Source: a bacterium
Lineage (GTDB): Bacteria; Zhuqueibacterota; Zhuqueibacteria; Thermofontimicrobiales; Thermofontimicrobiaceae
Length of the DNA stretch: 25,197 nt
Direction: 5' to 3'
NCBI GenBank assembly: GCA_025453735.1
Contig: JALOPY010000001.1
Location: 1-25,197, forward strand
The translations under genes were made by a program, and so were the position numbers. Shown in pieces: positions 1 through 7,262 of the stretch; the stretch's first letter is position 1; each line of letters begins with the position of its first letter. The notes beneath the pieces were generated by a model. The model worked only from the letters and a program-made list of their open reading frames with translations. It was not told the origin of the DNA and did not search any database.

Positions 1-207
1 TTTGATGTTGAAAATCCAAATCTGAAAATTTTTGACATTCACGGCAAAAAAATTAAAGAATTTGGAACTGTTCAAAACCAGGGAAAAGCATTTTTCTGGA
101 ATGGACTGGACGAAACGGGTCGTGAGGTTTTGCCCGGCGCGTATCTGTATATTTTCTCAGATAAAGTCAAAGCACTGGCACGGGGATGTGTCGTTGTTGC
201 ACGATAA
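1..207 (+). CDS. 3' end (partial) of a protein with a T9SS type-B sorting / gliding motility-associated C-terminal domain (CHU_C/FlgD-like)
   Basis: Missed by the ORF track. Frame 1 is open from the window edge to TAA 205-207: FDVENPNLKIFDIHGKKIKEFGTVQNQGKAFFWNGLDETGREVLPGAYLYIFSDKVKALARGCVVVAR*. The pattern IFD-x2-G...W-N-G-x4-G...P-G-x-Y-x-Y...G-x-V-V-V-x-R-stop is the type-B CTD signature, and the next gene is PorP/SprF-like, the usual partner. Confidence 0.8.
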   Translation, partial: FDVENPNLKIFDIHGKKIKEFGTVQNQGKAFFWNGLDETGREVLPGAYLYIFSDKVKALARGCVVVAR

Positions 208-223
208 CATAATAGGTGTAACC

Positions 224-2029
224 ATGAAACAAATAATTTTGACAATAATTTTTTTAAGCATGATGATAAACCTTCCCGGTGAAGGCTACAGCCAGAACAT
301 CATTCGCACCAATCCGGCGGATGTGATGGATTCCCGGGCGTTGTTCATCAATCCCGCGATTTTGCCCTATCGAAACATGACATTCAACCTGGGAATGAAA
401 GTCTTTCACCTCGGTTTTTTGAGTGATAACAGCACGGGTTTGAATTACAGCTATAGCAGCAACAGCTTTCCCAATCTGTTGTTGGATAGAATTGGAGTTG
501 GGATCACACTGGAGAGCTTCAATACTCCCTATTTCAATACCGCAGGTTTAGGGGTTGCTTTTGCCTATTCTATTACTCCTGGTTTTTCTTTCGGAGTCAG
601 CGCGCATGGCAGCAACCTGAGTTACGATGTCAGTAAGTTTGATCTGGTCAATCCCGATGATCCGGTATTTCGAAATGGTGCGGGACAATGGAATGTGCGT
701 TTTGATGCGGGCTTGCTGGTGCGTCCGATGAACAATTTTGCGGTTGGGCTAAGCTGCAACAATCTCAATCGCCCCGACCTTTCTTTGGTCAATGATGGCG
801 CAAAAATTCCGATTGAATTAAATTTTGGAATCAAACAATATTTTAAAATTTTTGGCGCATCGCTGTTCGGTCATTATGAAAATGAAGACGTGACGCTGGG
901 TTTTCTCTGTGAAGCGAATATCCAGAATAAAGGAATGATTCGAACCGGCTATTGCGATCGCTCGCTTATGATTGAAGGACAGCTTAACGTCGGGAGCGGC
1001 TTTGCGCTGAATTATCGCCTGGATTATCCGATTTACGAAGTAAATAATTTCAGCAGTGGCTCGCATGAGCTGGGAATCACCTGGAACATGCGACCGAATC
1101 CTGAATATTCATTTTCAGTACGCGCATCTGTCGATACAGTGCGATTAGTACGAGAAACCTCAAAGATAAGAATTAATAAACAGGAAGATCAACAACAAAT
1201 ATTTGACCAGATTGATGATCATGATTTGGAATTTTCTGGCGCGAGAACGAAGAAGGAGCAGGATATTCCAACCGCTGCATCATCCGGCATGTCGCTGGAT
1301 GACGTTTTTAACGAGAGCTTACCTTTCAGCAAATATCTCGATACTTATCGACAAAACTTTCAAGAGATTAGTGATAATATCAAATCATCGGGTCCGCACC
1401 TCAAAGTCGATATTTATTATCTCGACGCCACAACGGCTGAACGGGCTGTGATGATCAAAAATTATTTCTTAGATACGCTGAAGTTCAAAGAAAAAGATAT
1501 TCGGCTCCATCAAGAGGCGAATTCGAACGGCAATCACAGTACTCGAAAAGATAGCATAAAATCGCTATTAGAAAATTCAAATGATTGGGGCACTCCCAAA
1601 GAATACATTGAAATTTCAAGTGCGCCGATTGAGAATTTGGTTCCCGACAAAATTTATTTTCAAATCAATGCACCGAATATCGGACGGGTGACAAAATGGC
1701 GGATCCTGGTCACCAATATTTTAGGTGACCAAATTCACGAAATCAGCGGCTATCAAAATATTGAAAGAGAAGTGACATGGGATGGTTTTAAAAGAGATGG
1801 ATCAGCCGTGCCGGTCGGAAATTATTATTATCAATTTCAATATGTCATTGGCGGAGGCGATCGTTGGTTTCCCAAAAAGCCAGATATTCATCCGATCGTT
1901 TTTATCCAGGTGCGGCGTTCTAAAATCATTGAGCTGACAACCTCGGAGCTAATCCATTTAGATAAATTAAAAGAGGTTATTATCCGGCTGAAAAATCCCG
2001 CTGAGTCGGAGAATGCTCAAACTCCATAA
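224..2029 (+). CDS. PorP/SprF-family outer-membrane beta-barrel with a ~310 aa C-terminal extension (degenerate OmpA-like segment plus FlgD-type Ig domain)
   Basis: Start moved to ATG 224 (AGGTG at 214-218; the 32-223 extension overlaps the upstream gene). Signal peptide MKQIILTIIFLSMMINLPGEGYS-Q, then ALFINPA (PorP-type NPA motif), alternating beta-strand pattern, and SSGSHELGITW (PorP-type GSHE last strand). The C-terminal part carries WRILVTNILG...VTWDG-x4-G-x2-VPVGNYYYQF. Confidence 0.72.
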   Translation: MKQIILTIIFLSMMINLPGEGYSQNIIRTNPADVMDSRALFINPAILPYRNMTFNLGMKVFHLGFLSDNSTGLNYSYSSNSFPNLLLDRIGVGITLESFNTPYFNTAGLGVAFAYSITPGFSFGVSAHGSNLSYDVSKFDLVNPDDPVFRNGAGQWNVRFDAGLLVRPMNNFAVGLSCNNLNRPDLSLVNDGAKIPIELNFGIKQYFKIFGASLFGHYENEDVTLGFLCEANIQNKGMIRTGYCDRSLMIEGQLNVGSGFALNYRLDYPIYEVNNFSSGSHELGITWNMRPNPEYSFSVRASVDTVRLVRETSKIRINKQEDQQQIFDQIDDHDLEFSGARTKKEQDIPTAASSGMSLDDVFNESLPFSKYLDTYRQNFQEISDNIKSSGPHLKVDIYYLDATTAERAVMIKNYFLDTLKFKEKDIRLHQEANSNGNHSTRKDSIKSLLENSNDWGTPKEYIEISSAPIENLVPDKIYFQINAPNIGRVTKWRILVTNILGDQIHEISGYQNIEREVTWDGFKRDGSAVPVGNYYYQFQYVIGGGDRWFPKKPDIHPIVFIQVRRSKIIELTTSELIHLDKLKEVIIRLKNPAESENAQTP

Positions 2030-2105
2030 TGAAATCATGGTATGCAATCTGAATCGATAACTATTCGATGGTGTGCGTACATCAGTTGAAGGAGAGATCG
2101 TTACA

Positions 2106-3758
2106 ATGAAAGTTATGACAGTATTAATCATTTTCATAATTATTTTGCATGTTGGGTTTTCATCTATAATGGTTTTTTCACAAGACGAGGAACCTGCGAG
2201 CCAGGTGAATGTTCCATCGTCCACAGATACGCTTGCAGCGGGACAATCAGGTCTGGATACTGGCAAAAGAGGTTTTTCAGTAGAAACGATGCTGGAGCTG
2301 CTAAAATTGTGTGAAGGAATCGGATATTTATTGATAATGGTTTTTGTTCTTGGAGTCTTATTTATTTTCCAGAAATGGTTTGTATTGCTCCGTGAGAAGC
2401 AAGATACCGAGAAGATACCCGTTGCTAAAATGAAAACGATGAGTTATGATGACATCCAAAAAATGTTCACCCATGTAAAAGACGCGAATCCTGATTCTGA
2501 TGATGACGACCAAAGTGAAAATAAAAATATCCCACTCCTGAAACGAATATTTCGAAGAAAGAAAGCATCAGCATTTCAATTGCTGTCAAAACTCTATAAA
2601 GTTTTTGAAAGTCAAAAATCAACCAGTTCATTCGTTGAAGAGACATCAAGCTATATTCAACATTTAAAAGATGGATTTAATCCATTTTTTACTCGTCTAT
2701 CGTTTTTCTCTGACACGGCTGGAGCTTTAGGCTTACTGGGAACAGTGTGGGGAATGTTTCTGGTGTTTTACAAGGGATCGCCGGATCCAGAAGATACGCT
2801 GCGCGGTATGGGAATCGCACTGGCAACGACGATTGTTGGATTAGTAATTAGTATTATCTTAAATTCATTTACAACAGTGATCAGCAATATCTTTGATAAA
2901 CACCTGGATTTTATCAAAAACATGTCCACCGCTTTTCAAGAGCGGTTGATGAAAGAAGAGGAAAAATACCCAATCAAAGCGCAACCTATCATTGTCGAAT
3001 CATCGGCAATTGCAGCGCGACCACAACAAATTCCCGAGATGTCGAAGCGAGAGGAAAAAGCCAAACACAAACCAATTCAGGAGGCATCTAAAGAACCAGC
3101 ACAACAACAAATCCTTAAAGGCAATCCTGCTGAGATCCGGATCAAAAAAGGCGATAACCAATCGGGCGAAGTGGGAACGAAGTTATCTGATCCGATTGTT
3201 GTTGAAGTGCTGGATTCAAAAGGCAATGCTCTGGAGAATGAGACAGTGGTTTTTAGCTCGGATGAAGGTTCTGGGGTTTTCTCAAATAATAGTCGCGTTC
3301 AAAAAATTCTTACCGATGAAGAAGGAATCGCCCAGACGAATTTTACGCTTGGTCGAACAAGCGGTGAAAAGACAATCCACGTTGCCGTTGAAGATAGCAA
3401 CAATCGTGGCATAAAACTGCTGGCAATCGCGAAACCAACTCCACCGACCAAGCTGATTGAATTGAAAGGTAATTATCAAACCGGGGAATTGGGAAAACGG
3501 CTGCCGTTGCCTTTTATCGTCGCGGTGCGGGATAAGTATGACAATCCGATTCAGCGCTATGAAATAAATTTTTCATTGAAAAAAGGAACCGGACGATTTC
3601 AGGATAGCCAGAATGCGCACTACGCCACCTATACGAATGAAGATGGCTTAGTCGAGGTTTATTTTATCATTGGCAACAATCGAGGTGGGCGAGAAATCGA
3701 AGCTGAAGCAAAAAAAGTGGAGCCATCAAAAATATTGTTTGAAGCATTTGCACAGTAA
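2106..3758 (+). CDS. exbB: MotA/TolQ/ExbB proton-channel protein with two C-terminal Big-1 (invasin/intimin-type) Ig-like domains
   Basis: Likely start ATG 2106 (AAGGAG 2089-2094). Signal peptide, TM1 GIGYLLIMVFVLGVLFIF, TM2 AGALGLLGTVWGM and TM3 GIALATTIVGLVISII are ExbB/TolQ hallmarks. Two repeats follow, GDNQSGEVG..L.DPIVVEVLDSKGN...TDEEG.A and GNYQTGELG..LP.PFIVAVRDKYDNP...TNEDG.V, typical of Big-1. Confidence 0.88.
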   Translation: MKVMTVLIIFIIILHVGFSSIMVFSQDEEPASQVNVPSSTDTLAAGQSGLDTGKRGFSVETMLELLKLCEGIGYLLIMVFVLGVLFIFQKWFVLLREKQDTEKIPVAKMKTMSYDDIQKMFTHVKDANPDSDDDDQSENKNIPLLKRIFRRKKASAFQLLSKLYKVFESQKSTSSFVEETSSYIQHLKDGFNPFFTRLSFFSDTAGALGLLGTVWGMFLVFYKGSPDPEDTLRGMGIALATTIVGLVISIILNSFTTVISNIFDKHLDFIKNMSTAFQERLMKEEEKYPIKAQPIIVESSAIAARPQQIPEMSKREEKAKHKPIQEASKEPAQQQILKGNPAEIRIKKGDNQSGEVGTKLSDPIVVEVLDSKGNALENETVVFSSDEGSGVFSNNSRVQKILTDEEGIAQTNFTLGRTSGEKTIHVAVEDSNNRGIKLLAIAKPTPPTKLIELKGNYQTGELGKRLPLPFIVAVRDKYDNPIQRYEINFSLKKGTGRFQDSQNAHYATYTNEDGLVEVYFIIGNNRGGREIEAEAKKVEPSKILFEAFAQ

Positions 3759-3877
3759 TTGATACAATATCAGACTTATTATCAAATTATTTGACAAAAT
3801 ATAAAAAGCGAATTCCTCGATCAGTTGTTTTTTTCAGGATTAAGGGATTCGCATTTTCTTAATTAAGGGATTGAACT

Positions 3878-4294
3878 ATGTCTAAAGGTGGCATTATTAT
3901 TCGATTGATCGATATCGTACTGCTGTTGCTGTTTGGCTTTTTGATCGTTAGCGAAGTCAATCGAAAGAGTCCTGTAAAACTTCCGCAAAGCGATGTAAAA
4001 GTGAAGCGGGAGATAACCGAAGAAGAACTGCTGATTATTGGAATCAGAGCGGATAAATCATTGTACCTGGAAGGCGAGAATCGAGTTGTCCCAAGTTTGA
4101 CAGAATTGTATAACCTGATCACAATACGCAATCAAAGTTTTGAATCCTTGAACAGAAAATTTCGCGTTCGTATTCGTTCCGAGTGGAATTTGCCAATAAA
4201 ATATACCATGCAAATTGCGAATTTCTGTCGCAAGAATAACATTCCTGTTGGGATGGACATCCATAATGTGAGTTATAAAAGTTCTGGAAGTTAG
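3878..4294 (+). CDS. exbD: ExbD/TolR-family biopolymer transport protein (paralogue 1)
   Basis: N-terminal TM LIDIVLLLLFGFLIV with the conserved Asp, VKLPQS after the TM, small periplasmic domain, directly downstream of exbB. Confidence 0.88.
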   Translation: MSKGGIIIRLIDIVLLLLFGFLIVSEVNRKSPVKLPQSDVKVKREITEEELLIIGIRADKSLYLEGENRVVPSLTELYNLITIRNQSFESLNRKFRVRIRSEWNLPIKYTMQIANFCRKNNIPVGMDIHNVSYKSSGS

Positions 4295-4306
4295 CTGAGA
4301 AAGATT

Positions 4307-4780
4307 ATGAAAAAAAGTGGTGGCAGCTTAATTATCCGTTTGATCGATGTTGTATTGCTCTTGTTATTGGGATTTTTGCTAATTAGCGACATCGTCCACA
4401 AAAGTCAAATCAAGCTTCCTGGACCAACCGGAACCAGCAGAAAGCAGGTGCAGGAACAAAAAATCCAAAACATTCATATCAATATTGTTGATGAAGATAC
4501 GACAATTGCAGGAATCGATCCTGAAAAAGAATATTCATTAATCAGATTAGCGCAGTTGCATTGTTACTACCTGGTTCAAGAGGATGACAAAATTTATCAC
4601 ATCCGCGACCTGGAAAAACTGGAGAAACATTTGATTTTGGCACAAGCTGCTTATGATTCAATTTCAGTGATTATTGACCCGCGTCCTAATTCCATCGTCC
4701 AGGGAACGATAAATCTAATTGATGTTTGTCGTAAATATGGATTTAAGCGGCGATTTCAATATAGCGAGGATTATGACTGA
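4307..4780 (+). CDS. exbD: ExbD/TolR-family biopolymer transport protein (paralogue 2)
   Basis: TM LIDVVLLLLLGFLLI with the conserved Asp, IKLP after the TM, C-terminal VIIDP...VQGTINLIDVCRKYG resembling the ExbD C-terminal fold. Confidence 0.83.
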   Translation: MKKSGGSLIIRLIDVVLLLLLGFLLISDIVHKSQIKLPGPTGTSRKQVQEQKIQNIHINIVDEDTTIAGIDPEKEYSLIRLAQLHCYYLVQEDDKIYHIRDLEKLEKHLILAQAAYDSISVIIDPRPNSIVQGTINLIDVCRKYGFKRRFQYSEDYD

Positions 4781-5796
4781 TGAAAGTTAAATTTGACACA
4801 TTAACCTGGGATCGGATTGATGAAGATCGTTGGATAACTGCATCGATAGCGACACTCATATTTTTGTTGCTGACGTTTTTGATTTTTAACTCAATCCAGA
4901 TCCCCCAAAATCCGAAAAAAGTCGCTATCACTGAAGAGATAGATTTTGTCAAACCAGAAGTCAAGAAAAAGGTCGTAGAAGAAAAAAAAATTGAGGAAAA
5001 AATCACTGAAGAAAAAATTACAGAAGAAGACCCAGAGATAATTCTGAATTTATTTATGAATACTCCAACCAACATTGAAAACCTGCCGCAAAATTTAAAA
5101 TTTGACACCGATTTTAAAATATTCGAAAAAGAGAATGCTTCAATTGAAGAGGCGCAAGCGATTACACAAATAGCAGACGGATTGCTGCTTGATAATACCG
5201 ATGTTGATCCAATAGATGTTCCCAAAGGCTTGAGCGCTGAATGGGCTGACAATAATGCTTCGACGACAATTATTACCCCGACAATTGGCAACAAAACCCT
5301 TAATGAAAATGTTGGAATCTCCACAACAATAAAAACTAAGACCCATCGGCTATCTAATGATTTTTCCGGCTTCAAAGGAAATATTGAATGGGAGAAATTA
5401 CTCGATCCCATTTTCGAGTGGATCCGAAAAAATGCCGGACCCATTGGAAGAGTTCCAACTTTCTTTATAACAGATAATGATCCAACTGCCAGAACGGCAA
5501 AAACGATTATTTCGATTGGTAATGTGCAGTATGAGTTGCTTTTAGCGAGCAAAGAAGAAAAACGCGAGCTTAAAATTTGCCTGGTCAATCTTGAAACTCA
5601 GGAATTTGTAAAACTCACGGATGTCGGTTTAACCCAGACCAGCAGCGTGTTTAATACTGGTCTGGTTCGACGACAGGATGATGGTGAAATTTTTAATTTT
5701 TCAAAAGGCACCTATCATAATGCAGATAATCCTAAGGCTCAGGAATTCATGAAAGTATTCTGGCAATGGGCAAAATCGGTGACAGGGAAAGGATAA
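4780..5796 (+). CDS. Single-pass membrane protein in the TonB/TolA position with a Lys/Glu-rich linker and an unrecognised periplasmic C-terminal domain
   Basis: ATG overlaps the exbD2 stop (TGATG 4778-4782). One N-terminal TM (WITASIATLIFLLLTFLIF), charged linker KPEVKKKVVEEKKIEEKITEEKITEEDPE, then a globular domain. The CDS is clear; the TonB-like role is inferred from synteny and architecture only. Confidence 0.55.
   Translation: MKVKFDTLTWDRIDEDRWITASIATLIFLLLTFLIFNSIQIPQNPKKVAITEEIDFVKPEVKKKVVEEKKIEEKITEEKITEEDPEIILNLFMNTPTNIENLPQNLKFDTDFKIFEKENASIEEAQAITQIADGLLLDNTDVDPIDVPKGLSAEWADNNASTTIITPTIGNKTLNENVGISTTIKTKTHRLSNDFSGFKGNIEWEKLLDPIFEWIRKNAGPIGRVPTFFITDNDPTARTAKTIISIGNVQYELLLASKEEKRELKICLVNLETQEFVKLTDVGLTQTSSVFNTGLVRRQDDGEIFNFSKGTYHNADNPKAQEFMKVFWQWAKSVTGKG
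4981..5025 (+). repeat. Three imperfect 15-nt in-frame tandem repeats (EKKIE/EKITE/EKITE) in the TonB-like linker
   Basis: gaaaaaaaaattgag / gaaaaaatcactgaa / gaaaaaattacagaa read directly from the sequence. Confidence 0.7.
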
Positions 5797-5891
5797 TTCT
5801 TTTGTTGACAGAAGAATTCTTTTAACTACCCCCCACATTTTTTTTTGATACAATAATTGCATTAATGCATAAAAACAATAGGAATTGGACA

Positions 5892-7262
5892 ATGATCTCT
5901 AAGAGATTTCTATTTTTTATTGTTCCGCTTTTAATCATCGCAACAACAGGTATTGCTTCAAATGGTGCGCTGCAAGTTGCCGGAGCAGCAAAATCTATCA
6001 CGGCTATTGACACCACGATGTGGAAATACCTTTCTGCTTCGGATCGCTCGCAATGGACAATTAGCAAAGAAGATTCTGAAAAGGCATATCGGACCTATTT
6101 TGTGAATGGCGCGAAAGCGTTTCGCGACTTCACCATCCTGTCTCAAAAAATCGAAACGAAACGTGCAACAATCCAGGATATTGCAGATGACTTGATTAAA
6201 TGCTTATCTCAAGCTCGGGGCGAGTTTGAAAAAGGAATAAAACTCGATCCATTTAATAATTATCTTCGAACTGCAATCACAGCAGTCTATTTGAACCTGG
6301 ACCCGTTGTTAGCTTATAAAAATGATAATCCCAATCGACTGCAAATTCTGTTTAATAAAATCTATCTTGAGACCGATCCCTTAAAAAAAGCAGATCTATA
6401 TAATAAAATTGGCAAGATTTATTTTAATTATAAAAGCTGGGAAAAAGCTCGCGATAATTTCCAGTTGGCAGTAGCAAATATATTTGAAGGAGAAGTAACT
6501 GACATCGATACGGCAAAATTATTTGATAATATTTATTATCGCGGATATTCGCATCTGAAATTGTATGAGGACGAACCAGCATTGACATCATTCGAGAACG
6601 CCAGCATGATCGCCCCAACAGAGGATCAAAAAAAAGATCTGGCACGATGGATTGATTATATTAATTGGGATAAAGGAAACATACATGCCTCAGAACAGTA
6701 TCAAAATGCAAAAGCCTTTTATGCTGAAAAGAAATATGATGATGCTGAACGCGCCTATCTGGATCTTATCCAGATCGTTCAAACTGAGCATGCCAGAGAC
6801 GAAATAGCCTATCGCTTATCGATGGTTCAGTTTAATAATTTAGATAAAAAGCCAGAAGCTATCCAGCGATTATGGAATGTCGTAAAAACATTTTCACTGG
6901 ATGAAACGACAGGTGTACCAAACGAACCAACTCAAGCTGAATACTGGGAATCATATTGCAAAATGTGTCTTAATCTGGCAGCCAATAGTTTTTATGAAGA
7001 TAAAAAAACAGCATTTATTTATTTCCAAAAAGCCTCTCAAATCGAAAGCTCGATCCGCGGCAATGCATTTTTGAATCTTGCCATCATGTCTCTTAACAAC
7101 CCGGAGCTATGCTTGAATTTCTGTGATCGTTCATTTTCCTATATTGACAGATTGAATGAAAGCGATAAAAAAATGCTTTATAATACGTATTACAGAGCGT
7201 ATCAGCAAAAAGGTAATTTTGATGAAGCGATGAAGTGGTTTAAAAAATTCAATGAGATTTAA
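5892..7262 (+). CDS. Exported TPR-repeat protein, WDxGN family paralogue 1 (Sec/SPI, no lipobox)
   Basis: Likely start ATG 5892. Hydrophobic signal MISKRFLFFIVPLLIIATTGIA, TPR-like helices (LYNKIGKIYFNYKSWEKARDNFQLA) and the family motif INWDKGNIHASE. Confidence 0.8.
   Translation: MISKRFLFFIVPLLIIATTGIASNGALQVAGAAKSITAIDTTMWKYLSASDRSQWTISKEDSEKAYRTYFVNGAKAFRDFTILSQKIETKRATIQDIADDLIKCLSQARGEFEKGIKLDPFNNYLRTAITAVYLNLDPLLAYKNDNPNRLQILFNKIYLETDPLKKADLYNKIGKIYFNYKSWEKARDNFQLAVANIFEGEVTDIDTAKLFDNIYYRGYSHLKLYEDEPALTSFENASMIAPTEDQKKDLARWIDYINWDKGNIHASEQYQNAKAFYAEKKYDDAERAYLDLIQIVQTEHARDEIAYRLSMVQFNNLDKKPEAIQRLWNVVKTFSLDETTGVPNEPTQAEYWESYCKMCLNLAANSFYEDKKTAFIYFQKASQIESSIRGNAFLNLAIMSLNNPELCLNFCDRSFSYIDRLNESDKKMLYNTYYRAYQQKGNFDEAMKWFKKFNEI

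Noticed and set aside
32-223. N-terminal extension of the 32..2029 ORF
   Set aside because: It overlaps the real frame-1 gene ending at 207; the signal peptide and SD point to ATG 224.
3791-3796. TTGACA upstream of exbD1 (and another at 5805-5810)
   Set aside because: Neither has a plausible -10 hexamer at 16-18 nt spacing.
4982-4990. A9 tract in the TonB-like CDS as a phase-variation site
   Set aside because: It encodes Glu-Lys-Lys-Ile in a Lys-rich linker; A7-A9 runs are common throughout the window and the frame is intact.
4743-5588. 281-aa antisense ORF
   Set aside because: Shadow of the TonB-like gene; its Ser/Phe/Ile-rich content mirrors the Glu/Lys codons on the + strand, and it has no motif or RBS.
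5858-5869. 12-bp palindrome TGCATTAATGCA and nearby C6/T9 runs upstream of TPR paralogue 1
   Set aside because: Several such palindromes are expected by chance in 25 kb of AT-rich DNA; there is no second copy and no hairpin before the T-run.
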